Below, piece by piece: positions 1 to 9,262 of a stretch of DNA of 38,334 nucleotides; positions within the stretch are counted from its first letter, which is position 1, and every line of letters starts with the position of its first letter. This DNA comes from a virus (taxonomy: Duplodnaviria > Caudoviricetes). The stretch is from IMG/VR virus record IMGVR_UViG_3300035494_000073, positions 1-38,334 of that record; one strand, 5' to 3'. The position numbers and the translations under genes were made by a program. The notes under the pieces are model-generated. The model was not told the DNA's origin and searched no databases. It saw nothing but the letters and a program-made list of their open reading frames with translations.

Positions 1-127
1 TTGACGTAAAGAACTGCCGATTCGCACCAGAACGCGCCAGAACGCCAGCAGGAACGAGCGTAGACTCAGCGCCGTACAACATACCTATAACTGTCGTAGG
101 CGTCGCCCCAAGGCGTTCTATGCCGAC
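1..127. repeat. 127-bp terminal direct repeat, identical to 38208..38334 (assembly circularisation overlap)
   Basis: Bases 1-127 (TTGACGTAAA...TATGCCGAC) equal bases 38208-38334. 127 is a common assembler k-mer, and the baseplate J frame runs through the join. Confidence 0.95.
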
Positions 128-367
128 ATACGCCACCGTACCATCAAGCGACACGCCAGACGCACTGTACGGGTACATCGAATCGTAATTGTCCTGCACG
201 GCCTCCCACAAATCGGCCTGCGCTTCGGCCAGGATGCCCGTAATTTCACCGACAACCGAATCAGGCCCGGTATTGACTGGCCCAAGCGCCTGCGTAAAGG
301 ACGCATCCAGAGCGGCCTTCAGGTCATTTAATCGTGGCCGATTCAGGCCGGTTGCATCTAGGCTCAT
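1..367 (-). CDS. Baseplate J-like wedge protein, 5' part (continues across the circular join into 37150..38334)
   Basis: ATG at 367 overlaps the TGA of the upstream gene (ATGA). Reads MSLDATGLNRPRLNDLKAALDASFTQALG...DSMYPYSASGVSLDGTVAYVGIERLGATPTTVIGMLYGAES, in frame with the 37150..38289 ORF. Confidence 0.85.
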   Translation of the reverse strand, partial: MSLDATGLNRPRLNDLKAALDASFTQALGPVNTGPDSVVGEITGILAEAQADLWEAVQDNYDSMYPYSASGVSLDGTVAYVGIERLGATPTTVIGMLYGAESTLVPAGVLARSGANRQFFTS

Positions 368-708
368 GTGCTTACCTGTACGGGGCCAAAATTAGTGTCT
401 ATGGTGAAATCAACCGTGAGCGTGCGCTGGCGACGGTCGAAGTTGTACGTAAATTCCAGAAAACGGCGAACATCACGCACGGCCAAAACGCTGGCCTGAA
501 TGGCTGACAGCACGCCGGATAAACTAACCTGTTTTCCGAGAATGGATTGCAGCCATGGCGTGCCAAACTCGGTATCGAGAAACCACTCACCGCGCCACAA
601 CTTCAGTTTAATCAGAACTTGCTGGCGCACGCGTTCACGACCATCAACCAGCACAAGGTCGAAATTCTCTACTGATAGATCGTGGCTATTGGTTAGCTTG
701 ATGTCCAT
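364..708 (-). CDS. Baseplate wedge/sheath-initiator protein (gp25/W or Mu gp46-like)
   Basis: 114 aa with GEWFLDTEFGTPW motif; lies between the spike and J genes. Confidence 0.8.
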   Translation of the reverse strand: MDIKLTNSHDLSVENFDLVLVDGRERVRQQVLIKLKLWRGEWFLDTEFGTPWLQSILGKQVSLSGVLSAIQASVLAVRDVRRFLEFTYNFDRRQRTLTVDFTIDTNFGPVQVST

Positions 709-717
709 AGTTTCTGA

Positions 718-1416
718 TTATACAGGTTGCCCCGTGTTAGAACCACCGGCAGTTACACCAGAATGAACGTGTGTTTTCAGGCTGATACCATCGGCCACAA
801 CATCACCGCCCGACACGTCAAAACTGCCAGACACACTAGACGCCTTGCCGGTAGCCGGGTGTATGCCGGTAATCGACAGCCCTTGCTGGCCGGTAATCTG
901 TTGCTGATTTGTCAGTGTGCCGCTATTGTCCACGCTTGGCGTTTCAAACTTAATGCCACCGGGCGCGTTTACGATCATTTCACCGCTGGCAGTCAGCCGA
1001 ATGTATGCCGGGCCGTGCCACATGGTCATGTCGGCATTGTTGCCCGAATCACCAGCACCGGCAGCTCCGTTATTGACCATCAGCGCGTATGCATCCGTCA
1101 AATCAAACATGCGCCTATCATCGGTGCCGTCCACGGCTTGCTGGGCAAACACCAGCAGGCACGGGTCGCCAGCCACGACAGGCCCTTTAACGCCGCACTG
1201 CCCGCCGTTAAAACTCGGCCATTCAACGCGCACGTTCCTAATAACTGGGTAGGCCAGACTATCGCCGTCGGCGTAACGCTTCTGGCCTGTTGGCCGCACG
1301 GAAGCGCGACCATTGGCGTAATCCACGATCACACCCGGTAGACAGGTGTTTACGTCCAGTAGCTGCGCCTTGATTAACTCGACTAGTGAATCTACCGGGT
1401 CAATGTTTTCAGCCAT
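718..1416 (-). CDS. Baseplate central spike (gpV/gp138-like)
   Basis: N-terminal OB-like region (PVVAGDPCLLVFAQ), beta-repeat region, and C-terminal SLKTHVHSGV H-x-H iron-binding apex. Confidence 0.9.
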   Translation of the reverse strand: MAENIDPVDSLVELIKAQLLDVNTCLPGVIVDYANGRASVRPTGQKRYADGDSLAYPVIRNVRVEWPSFNGGQCGVKGPVVAGDPCLLVFAQQAVDGTDDRRMFDLTDAYALMVNNGAAGAGDSGNNADMTMWHGPAYIRLTASGEMIVNAPGGIKFETPSVDNSGTLTNQQQITGQQGLSITGIHPATGKASSVSGSFDVSGGDVVADGISLKTHVHSGVTAGGSNTGQPV

Positions 1417-2336
1417 TACACAAACCTCAGTGTTAGTTCTGTTTGAAACTCAGAGCCGTAATTGTCGCCTACATGCGTGAGCCGCTCGATTCTAAAAAAT
1501 TCCCCATCGATTCCAACGGATTTAACTTGCACGTATCCGCCGGGTTGCAGCGTAGGCTGTAGCAGTGACTTGACCTTATACCCAAGCACCCGCAGCCGCT
1601 CCTGTTTGTTGCCGTCTTTATCCACCCGGTACGTCGTATCCACGCCGCGCTGTGTGCGCGTTATGCCTTCTTTGGCAGCCGCTTTATCGGTCATGGTCTT
1701 GGCCTCTTGCTCAGGGCTTCCAATCATTCCAGTATCAGATGACAGCACGATAGCCTTTTGCTTGAACACGCCGCCCTTGTTGATAATCTGCACTTCGCGG
1801 TTTTGGATTGACCACTCAAGACCTAGATACTCACACACCTTGTCCATGGCGTCACGCAAACGCCCAACGAACGAAAACCCATCAGGGTATTGCAACGGCG
1901 AAACCTCGGGCAACGTTCTAACCGGCAACCCAAAACGGCCCGATATGTCACGCAGCACAACCCCAGCATCAATACCAGCGCCGAACGATACCGATACCTT
2001 GGTATCCCTGAACTCAAGCAAGCCGTCCATCATTTCAAGTTCGGTAATCCAGTCCGGGCCTTCTTTCACGGTCAGATAGCGCGTCACGGTGCCGGTAAAG
2101 ATGGTTTGAGGCCCGATGTCTTGCGTGTAGCCAGCTTTCAGGATCAGCACATTCCCCACCACCTGCACCAGCTCGCGGGTATCCTTGTTCATGTTGTAGA
2201 TTCGACACGAACATTTATTCGGGTTGCGGGTAGCGCCCTTTTCAATGCTGAACGATATGCGAAGGTCGCGGATAGTTACGCCTTTTCCACCCTCTTGGCC
2301 TATCGTCAGTTCAATGGCACGGTCAAATAGTGGCAT
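1416..2336 (-). CDS. Baseplate hub protein (gp27/Mu gp44-like)
   Basis: 306 aa with ISFSIEK..NPNKCSCRIYN, LILKAGY, WSIQN, GMIGSPE and HVGD motifs; immediately upstream of the spike. Confidence 0.8.
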   Translation of the reverse strand: MPLFDRAIELTIGQEGGKGVTIRDLRISFSIEKGATRNPNKCSCRIYNMNKDTRELVQVVGNVLILKAGYTQDIGPQTIFTGTVTRYLTVKEGPDWITELEMMDGLLEFRDTKVSVSFGAGIDAGVVLRDISGRFGLPVRTLPEVSPLQYPDGFSFVGRLRDAMDKVCEYLGLEWSIQNREVQIINKGGVFKQKAIVLSSDTGMIGSPEQEAKTMTDKAAAKEGITRTQRGVDTTYRVDKDGNKQERLRVLGYKVKSLLQPTLQPGGYVQVKSVGIDGEFFRIERLTHVGDNYGSEFQTELTLRFV

Positions 2337-2768
2337 TTATTGATCCCATAGCGAATCGCCGCCATCAAATTCTGTTAGCCCGCTATCCCAAATAGACCCG
2401 ATAACAGGAGCCGATACCTCAAGCACAGGCGCTGCTACGGGCGCGGCTTCGTCAGGCTCGTAATAGTACAGCCCGAACTCGGTTTCTAGCGCGTCGTAAT
2501 CTGCATAGGCTTTGCTGCCACGCTCACGGATAAAATATAACGAGCCAACCGGCAGGCGCGGGTCTTTGAACCGCTCGGTTAGCGGCCAGTTCGAGATCAT
2601 CTTGACGTTCGTCAGGATAGCCGAACCATCCAGATCAAGCACCGACAGCGAAAAGTAACCGAACCGTTCATTCCACAGCACCCGCAACGTGTACGGGTTT
2701 TCGTTGATCGTAACGTCTAGCGTTTGGTCGGTTGTTTGGGGCAGCAGGGGGATTCGTAGGAGTTGCAT
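2337..2768 (-). CDS. Baseplate-associated (plug-like) protein
   Basis: YTLRVLWNERFGYFSLSV pattern typical of the small gene between the Dit-like and hub genes; start probably MQLLRIP. Confidence 0.6.
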   Translation of the reverse strand: MQLLRIPLLPQTTDQTLDVTINENPYTLRVLWNERFGYFSLSVLDLDGSAILTNVKMISNWPLTERFKDPRLPVGSLYFIRERGSKAYADYDALETEFGLYYYEPDEAAPVAAPVLEVSAPVIGSIWDSGLTEFDGGDSLWDQ

Positions 2769-2769
2769 G

Positions 2770-3402
2770 TTATGCACCGAACGCTGAGCGTCTAGCCGAT
2801 TCTAAGATAGATACGGATTGTTTTTCTGATGGATTTTTGCCTTGAACCTTACCCTGGTTCTTCGCCGGTTCCGTCTTTTTACTGGTCGCTGCATCGCCTT
2901 TTGCGTTTTTCTTGGCGCTAATCCCATCGGGAACGTCCACGGTTTGCGTCGAAACTAAGCGGATATTGACAAATTCCGCGTTAAATTCAATGGCCTCACC
3001 CGTGCCAGAATTGCGCGGGATATTCACGCTGGCGAGCACCATATCGGTGTAAATATGGTACTTCGTGACAATCGTCATGGGCTGCTTGAGTTTAATCAGC
3101 TCATGCAGCAGGTCAAACACGGCTTGGCTTCGTTGCTCGGCCCCGGTCAGCGAATTGATGAACGAAACGATGTTGCCAATAATTCCGTTCAGTGGTGTGT
3201 CAGACACAACACCGCGAATGCTCACCCTATCGGGTTGTTCGATAACGTGATCGGTAATGTCAGCGCCAATTTCTACCGGGTTTGTCGTTACGTCTGCATT
3301 CCATTCGTGGCCTTCTTCAAGCGTGGCGTCAAGTTCGATGTTGCCGAAATCGTTGCCGAAGTTGGTTTTAAACTGCTCGCCACCGAAAAATAGATTTAGC
3401 AT
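2770..3402 (-). CDS. Distal tail/tube-initiator (Dit-like) baseplate protein
   Basis: LDATLEEGHEW..VTTNPVEIGADITDHV motif; directly after the tape measure gene. Confidence 0.75.
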   Translation of the reverse strand: MLNLFFGGEQFKTNFGNDFGNIELDATLEEGHEWNADVTTNPVEIGADITDHVIEQPDRVSIRGVVSDTPLNGIIGNIVSFINSLTGAEQRSQAVFDLLHELIKLKQPMTIVTKYHIYTDMVLASVNIPRNSGTGEAIEFNAEFVNIRLVSTQTVDVPDGISAKKNAKGDAATSKKTEPAKNQGKVQGKNPSEKQSVSILESARRSAFGA

Positions 3403-3404
3403 GA

Positions 3405-5090
3405 TTACCTCCCGTACACGCCCATGTTACGCGAGAAACCTTGCATAGGGTCAAATGCCGTGCCAGCGGCCCGCTTAATGGCATCCTGCTGTTCTTGGCT
3501 GGTGCCAGGCGGAACGTTCAGGTTAATCGTTTGGTTCATGCTTGTGTTGTTAGTCGTGCTTGCTGCGGCTGTGGCTGGCATACCTGGGCCAACAGGCGGA
3601 TTCGACGGGTAGCCAGCCATAACAGACTGGTATTCTTCTTCGTCGCCAAGACCCACCCATCCCTTGACCGTCTTGAATGCGTCTTTTATCGGGTCGGTAA
3701 CAAACTTAACAGCGCTCTTGCCAATGTCTTGGATCATCGTTGTAACCGTGCTGAATGCCGACTTGAACGCGTCAATAATTGGCTGAACAAGCCCGTTAAA
3801 CATCGTTGTAAACAATGTTTTTACATAAGCAACATAAGCATCCCAAACGCCGCGAACGCCTGTTAGTATTTTATCTAGACCGGCAGAGATTTTCCCTTCG
3901 TCTGACGTAAAAAGGCCGACAATAACATCCCAAACGCCTTGACCAATAGTGAGAATGTCAGCCCATAATTTTTTGATGCCGCTCCAGACCGCCTCAAGAT
4001 TGGCGAGCAATTCTTTATTCTTTTCTTTCCACTCATCAAACGGGCCAAGCCATGCGCCAATTACCGACTCACCACCGTTCATCCATTGATAAACGTCTTC
4101 GATAACAAGACCAAGCAAAGCAAGCAGGCCGACAACCAGCGTTATAGGCGACAGCAACAAGCCTAGCGCCCCGATAAACGTATTTATAACCACGGGGGCA
4201 AGCGCAGCGGCCAAGACAATTCCGAACGTTTTTAGCGCGTTTGTTGGGCCGCCAAGGAAATCTACTAGGTTATCCATTGCTTTCTCCATAGCGTCAAACG
4301 CGCCAAGGAAAAAGTTAGCCACGTTCGTAACCGCCATGCTTTCGCGGTTCATGCGGGAAATAAACCCAGAAAAACGGTTATTGATGATCGTGAAAGACTG
4401 GCTAAGCGTCAACGGCATAGCCATGAATTGCGCCTGAATGCTTGGGCCGATTTCCTGCAATGCTTTTACTAACATATCGGTTGTCATCTTGCCATTCCTA
4501 GACGCTTCCATGAATGACGCCAGCCCATCGGTATACCCCATAGCGTTCGCCAAGCCTTCGGTAAACGCCCGTGGCATAGCTTCCATAACGGCGCGAAATT
4601 CATCGCCGTCTAGCTTGCCCTTGTTAAACGCTTGGGATAGCTGAAGCATGGCGGAGGCTTGTTCAGACGATGCGACACCACCAACCACCATAGCTTGAGA
4701 AATAGTGTCGATCACGCCAAGTAGCGAATCTTGATCTTCAATAAGCCCTTGTGTTGCGTTTCCGATGCGAATGTAAAGGTTAGCGTAAGCGTCAAGGTCT
4801 TGGCGCGCGGCTGTAGCACGTTTTGCCACCTCATCAAATGCTTGCCCTGCCGTACCAGACGTTTGCGTCATCTGGCCCATACGAGCCTCTAGCGACTGTA
4901 CGTTATCAGCCACAGCGGCTAGCCCACGCAACCCCTGAAAACCAACAAACGCAGCAAGCAGGGCGCGCACTTCGACAGCAGCCTGACTAGCCTGGTTTTT
5001 GATGCGACTAACCGCACCCTCGGCCTTTTTTGCCCCAGATTGGTCTACGCTAAAACCCAGCCGCGTTATTAGTTCTCGAACGGTTGCCAT
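3405..5090 (-). CDS. Tape measure protein
   Basis: 561 aa, Ala-rich and helical; tape-measure domain (QLSQAFNKGKLDGDEFRAVME), hydrophobic segment and aromatic-spaced repeats. Confidence 0.93.
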   Translation of the reverse strand: MATVRELITRLGFSVDQSGAKKAEGAVSRIKNQASQAAVEVRALLAAFVGFQGLRGLAAVADNVQSLEARMGQMTQTSGTAGQAFDEVAKRATAARQDLDAYANLYIRIGNATQGLIEDQDSLLGVIDTISQAMVVGGVASSEQASAMLQLSQAFNKGKLDGDEFRAVMEAMPRAFTEGLANAMGYTDGLASFMEASRNGKMTTDMLVKALQEIGPSIQAQFMAMPLTLSQSFTIINNRFSGFISRMNRESMAVTNVANFFLGAFDAMEKAMDNLVDFLGGPTNALKTFGIVLAAALAPVVINTFIGALGLLLSPITLVVGLLALLGLVIEDVYQWMNGGESVIGAWLGPFDEWKEKNKELLANLEAVWSGIKKLWADILTIGQGVWDVIVGLFTSDEGKISAGLDKILTGVRGVWDAYVAYVKTLFTTMFNGLVQPIIDAFKSAFSTVTTMIQDIGKSAVKFVTDPIKDAFKTVKGWVGLGDEEEYQSVMAGYPSNPPVGPGMPATAAASTTNNTSMNQTINLNVPPGTSQEQQDAIKRAAGTAFDPMQGFSRNMGVYGR

Positions 5091-5120
5091 ACTTTACCTT
5101 AAACAAAAGCCCGGAACAGG

Positions 5121-5381
5121 CTACTTCTTCCGGGCTATTTTATCCTGTTCAAACGCTTGAATGTCACATTCCATTTGCCAAAGCGCATTTAGTTTCATCA
5201 GATGTTCCGGCAACACCTCGCCAGATAAAACGCCCTCTAGCGTACATTCTTTGGCGCGGATAGGTCGCCATATCCATGATTCTGATTCCAGCGCCTCGTC
5301 TAACTTCCCGTAGTTGGGTTGCTCGATTGACCGACGCCTTGCCGGAGTCCAAAGCGTTCGGTAATCTGGAGAAAAAAAGGG
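5121..5381 (-). CDS. -1 frameshift extension (gpGT-like) of the tail assembly chaperone
   Basis: In-frame slippery C CCT TTT TTT at about 5382-5372. The -1 frame stays open to TAG at 5123-5121 and reads ...GKLDEALESESWIWRPIRAKECTLEGVLSGEVLPEHLMKLNALWQMECDIQAFEQDKIARKK*. Confidence 0.75.
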   Translation of the reverse strand, partial: PFFSPDYRTLWTPARRRSIEQPNYGKLDEALESESWIWRPIRAKECTLEGVLSGEVLPEHLMKLNALWQMECDIQAFEQDKIARKK

Positions 5382-5755
5382 TGAAAGTTATACCTCGCCA
5401 CTTCCCAGATTAATTCATACAGATCAAGCAAGTTTTCAGCCGTGAAAACAATATCAACATCGGCAGGCGACTTGATGACGCGCTTGTGCTCGGTGCTGTA
5501 TACCTTGGCTTTTTCAAACATCGGGAAAACGATAGTGCGGAACGTTTCTTCACTCAGGTTTTCAGCCAAGACAGCCGCCGCCTTGGATACGTCCAAATCC
5601 ATAATGTCGGTAACTTTGCCCTCTTGCCCTTTGATCGAAGCAAACAGCGGCAGGACGATTTTCTGGATTTTCAGCAGCAACAAATTAGCGTCAAACGCAT
5701 TCATGCGAATGGCTGTGTATTCTTTGTTTCCGACTATGAAAGTTTCTTGGTGCAT
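5300..5755 (-). CDS. Tail assembly chaperone (gpG-like)
   Basis: 151 aa between tube and tape measure genes; slippery sequence near the 3' end. Confidence 0.8.
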   Translation of the reverse strand: MHQETFIVGNKEYTAIRMNAFDANLLLLKIQKIVLPLFASIKGQEGKVTDIMDLDVSKAAAVLAENLSEETFRTIVFPMFEKAKVYSTEHKRVIKSPADVDIVFTAENLLDLYELIWEVARYNFHPFFLQITERFGLRQGVGQSSNPTTGS

Positions 5756-5852
5756 TGTTTTTCCCTATGTTAGAATACGGGCACGGTTGCCGCGTATTCC
5801 TTCCCTGTTGCGCGGGCCAGACAACGCCGGAGCCGCCCGTAACCGGCACTAC

Positions 5853-5880
5853 ACCCCGCCCTAGAGCGGGGTTCTTTTTT
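5853..5880 (+). terminator. Hairpin ACCCCGC/GCGGGGT with T-run on the + strand
   Basis: 7-bp GC-rich stem, 6-nt loop, then TCTTTTTT; the U-tract is antisense to the late genes. Confidence 0.45.
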
Positions 5881-6319
5881 ACACGTTGTTGCCACCGATA
5901 AACATCGTCAAATCAGCAGCATCAAACACCCAGATACGTTCGCCGGGTTCTTTGCTGAATACCAGTGCTGGCAGGGTCTTGATCCACGCCTGAGACGCCG
6001 CAGCCAGCGACGTGCCCGACAAGTCAGCGCAGCCAAACGGCACAACAACAGAACCACCGGCCAGGTTATCGGTTGCGAACAGGGCAGACAGCAGCACGTT
6101 AGCGTTACTGGTTGCCAGTGTGCGCACTTCAATGGTGCCGGAGCGGTTAGCGTTTCGCGTGCGTGCTACTGCGCCATCTGCACCAACACGCTTAAAGTAC
6201 AAATCCTCGTCAAGTTTGACGGTAATGTAATCGCCATCAGACCAGCCATCAATGACAACCGGCCCCATGGTAACGATCAATTTGGACGGGTCGAAGGTAC
6301 CCGAGAGTTCAGCGGCCAT
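5879..6319 (-). CDS. Tail tube protein (DUF3277-like)
   Basis: 146 aa, VGADG..R..N.NRSGTI motif; follows the sheath gene. Confidence 0.88.
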   Translation of the reverse strand: MAAELSGTFDPSKLIVTMGPVVIDGWSDGDYITVKLDEDLYFKRVGADGAVARTRNANRSGTIEVRTLATSNANVLLSALFATDNLAGGSVVVPFGCADLSGTSLAAASQAWIKTLPALVFSKEPGERIWVFDAADLTMFIGGNNV

Positions 6320-6325
6320 ATGTAA

Positions 6326-7666
6326 TTACTCCAGTGTGTAGGCAAGCGCGCCTGTGATTTCTGTCAAGTGCACGGCCCCAGCCAAGCGTGCAACAAACGA
6401 AATACGCAAAACCCGCGCAGCCTTATCAGCAGGATCAACTTCCACCGACAGCGGGTAGGTAATCACGAAACCCGGCACGGTCTTGCCTTGTGCATCCAGT
6501 TCATCCGGAGCAATACCGCCGACTTGCTGGCCACGGCGCAGCGACCCGCGCAGATTGTTCACGCAAAGCTGAATACCCTCATCGGTGTACGGAACTTTGT
6601 CGCGGTTGATCTTCATCTGAACCATGTTCGTCTGGATCAGATCTTTGAGCCAATCGCGGAACCGGATAACGTCAATCCATTCACCGGCGAACGTCCTGCC
6701 GGGGTTTGTCAGTGCAAGCTGCGGCTGGTAAAACTCGAACGTGTTGCCGCCCTTGTTCGTGATGGTCTGGTAGTTCGTTTCTGACAGATTCGACGGCGTG
6801 ACACTGGCAAGCGATTTAAGCGCCCACGTTTCAGCGCCGGGTTGAATCGTAAACACGCGGCCAGCCCATGCTGCATCCGGGTATTCGGTCGCTGCGTTCT
6901 TGTGGAAAATACCAGCCGTGCGGAAGTACCGGGTGTTTTTCAGCGTGCTGAACAGATCGGTGTCCAGCGCTGGGTTCAGAATGTCGGCCTGGTCGGAGGC
7001 AATCAGCAGCAGTTTTTCCTGCGTTTCCGTCCACTCGGCGAAGTCCTCAATAACCGTAACGTCACGCTCGACCGGAACGATACCGTACCAATTGTTGTCC
7101 TCGTTCTGAATGGCCGTCATATCGTCAGCCACTGCCGTAGCCGCAGACATTGGCGAAAAGTCAGACCATTCCAGATAGTTGCCCAGCGTGACAATATCAA
7201 AGTTAGCCGGGTCAATCGGCGCAATCACCAGATCGTTGCCGGATACCGTGGCCGTGACCGTGGTGCTCAGGTCAGCGTCGATTTCAGCTTTCAGGCCGGT
7301 AGCAACATCGGAAGCGGTCGGAGCTGTGCCAGGCGCTGTATAGGTGTAATCCGTGGTGCCGATAGTGATTGTGTAATCGGCCAGTGCAATGAGTTCTGAG
7401 GCCGTGATGCTGGCGTCCAGAACCTGCCGACGCCCAACCTTAACCTGACGCGGGCGCGGGATTTGCGCAAAGCAATCCGACAGCGCAGTCAGCGCCAGCG
7501 GGGGCAGCGCATCATCTACCGCAGCGTCATAGCTGGTGTAAACGCGCACACGCTCTTGGAACGTCAGAAGCGGCGCGACAACAATCGGGATACCAAACTC
7601 GCCACGCTGCACCGCGAGGGTATTGAGGGCAATATCTACCCGCGTAATTCTATCTAGGGATGCCAT
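6326..7666 (-). CDS. Tail sheath protein (DUF3383-like)
   Basis: 446 aa with TWALKSLASV, GEWIDVIRFRDWL, KVPYTDEG and ARLAGAVH motifs. Confidence 0.92.
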   Translation of the reverse strand: MASLDRITRVDIALNTLAVQRGEFGIPIVVAPLLTFQERVRVYTSYDAAVDDALPPLALTALSDCFAQIPRPRQVKVGRRQVLDASITASELIALADYTITIGTTDYTYTAPGTAPTASDVATGLKAEIDADLSTTVTATVSGNDLVIAPIDPANFDIVTLGNYLEWSDFSPMSAATAVADDMTAIQNEDNNWYGIVPVERDVTVIEDFAEWTETQEKLLLIASDQADILNPALDTDLFSTLKNTRYFRTAGIFHKNAATEYPDAAWAGRVFTIQPGAETWALKSLASVTPSNLSETNYQTITNKGGNTFEFYQPQLALTNPGRTFAGEWIDVIRFRDWLKDLIQTNMVQMKINRDKVPYTDEGIQLCVNNLRGSLRRGQQVGGIAPDELDAQGKTVPGFVITYPLSVEVDPADKAARVLRISFVARLAGAVHLTEITGALAYTLE

Positions 7667-7722
7667 GTGTTTTACCTCACGGTGTTAGGCTTTAACTATT
7701 AAGCCTGATTTTACAATAGAAA

Positions 7723-8268
7723 CTAGCTAATGTTAATGGCTTTCGGGTAAGCGCCCGATTCTGATAGGTCGGTGTCCATATTGGACGTTAGACTTACTGT
7801 ATCAATCAGGCCAACGTTATCGGTTACGCTGGCTTTGTAGCCAACGAATAAATCAAGCGCGGCTCTATCTTCCATTTGCTGATTGGTGCCAGCCAAGAGC
7901 GCCGTGACGTTCTGAACGGTGCCGGTATCCCACACCACTAGATAAAAGGCTGCCAGCGCATCACGCACCGACGGCTTGCGCAGCGACAGTTTCAGGTCTT
8001 GCATTTTCTCCATGCTCGACCCGCGCACATCGGCAAACCGTTGCAGCGTTACGGTTGTTGTTTTGGTTTCGGTAATCGTCGCCAGCCCGGTATTATTTGG
8101 CGCGGTCATTTCCGGCGAACCGTAGGTGGATTCGGTGCCAACGCGCAACGTCCAAAACGGTTTAGGCGGCTGCGGTGCGTTTGCGTCGGCGAATATAAGC
8201 GCCTCGCCACCCGTTAGGGTAGCCAATACCGTTCGCAGCGAAGTATCAAACGTTGCCGTGGTTGTCAT
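7723..8268 (-). CDS. Tail terminator / neck protein
   Basis: 181 aa just before the sheath gene; A.ANAPQPPKPF..L and EDRA.LDL patterns. Confidence 0.7.
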   Translation of the reverse strand: MTTTATFDTSLRTVLATLTGGEALIFADANAPQPPKPFWTLRVGTESTYGSPEMTAPNNTGLATITETKTTTVTLQRFADVRGSSMEKMQDLKLSLRKPSVRDALAAFYLVVWDTGTVQNVTALLAGTNQQMEDRAALDLFVGYKASVTDNVGLIDTVSLTSNMDTDLSESGAYPKAINIS

Positions 8269-8855
8269 CAGTCGCCCAGATGTTTAATAACGCGGATATA
8301 CCAGCCGCGCACGACAACGGTTAGCGAGGCGTCAGACCAGATTTGTATCTCGCCAGGGTTTAAGCGGGTATTGTCTGAGCCGATGTAAAAGGGCATGTTA
8401 AATACGAAATCTTGAGTACCGGCAGTTTTAAACTGCGTACCACCGCCTGCCAGCGAAAATTCAACCGGCGAGCCAATGGCCATACGCAAACTGGTACGAA
8501 CAAGCTGATTAGCCGAAGTCGTTGTAATAGACAGATCGGCCCTAAGTTCAAGCATCGTCTTAACCGGGCATTCAGACAGCGCCAACTGGTGTGAAACAGC
8601 ATTCCAAACGTCAGTAATCCCGGAAGGCAAGGCGCGCAGTGTATTCACGCCAAGCGTGTTATTTGTCAGCTTCGTCCAGGTTGACGCCGTAACGTTAATG
8701 GGCGTGCTGGTCGTGGCCGTATCGTTATAGTCCGCAAATCCGATTTGCTTTTGCAGCGCGTCGATTTCGTCAGCAGCGGCCTGAAAGTTTGCGCGCACCC
8801 CGGCAGTCGTAGGGTTTCCAAACGGCGGAATGAGTGGGTCAATGTTCGATGACAT
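8268..8855 (-). CDS. Virion protein within the neck cluster (possible collar/whisker fibre)
   Basis: 195 aa; short N-terminal helix VRANFQAAADEIDALQ then a beta-rich domain; tightly abutting its neighbours. Confidence 0.55.
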   Translation of the reverse strand: MSSNIDPLIPPFGNPTTAGVRANFQAAADEIDALQKQIGFADYNDTATTSTPINVTASTWTKLTNNTLGVNTLRALPSGITDVWNAVSHQLALSECPVKTMLELRADLSITTTSANQLVRTSLRMAIGSPVEFSLAGGGTQFKTAGTQDFVFNMPFYIGSDNTRLNPGEIQIWSDASLTVVVRGWYIRVIKHLGD

Positions 8856-8857
8856 GC

Positions 8858-9262
8858 TTACCTCTGTATTGTTCCTGCAATCCAGCCTGCCAACAGCGCG
8901 GCTACATTGGTTGTAATCTTGATCCGCTTCTCAGCCACGTATTTGTAATGAGGAATAACGCCCATCTGGTGGATAAACTGGCTTGTGATTTCGTAAGCCC
9001 AACCAGACTCAGGCCACACAATCAAATCGGGCTGAACGTTCGAGCCTTCCTCGGTAATCTTCAGTTTGGTGCTGGTGTAAGCCTTCAGGTAATCAGACAG
9101 ACGGCGGCCCTCTGGTAAGGCTTCCACATCTTCGCCCATCTTTACCGGCTGCACGCTGGCCTGAATCGTGGCCGTGGTGCGTGCGCCGGGTACGTATTCG
9201 CCGTTAACGTAGCTGCCTGCTGTTTCGCTTAGGACGTAGAATGCGCGGCGGAAACTACTCAT
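8858..9262 (-). CDS. Head closure / head-tail joining protein
   Basis: GSYVNGEYVPG..IQASVQP..LPEGRR motif; neck position. Confidence 0.75.
   Translation of the reverse strand: MSSFRRAFYVLSETAGSYVNGEYVPGARTTATIQASVQPVKMGEDVEALPEGRRLSDYLKAYTSTKLKITEEGSNVQPDLIVWPESGWAYEITSQFIHQMGVIPHYKYVAEKRIKITTNVAALLAGWIAGTIQR

Noticed and set aside
1-127. Biological direct terminal repeat
   Set aside because: The length equals a standard assembler k-mer and it lies inside the baseplate J gene, so it is most likely an assembly overlap.
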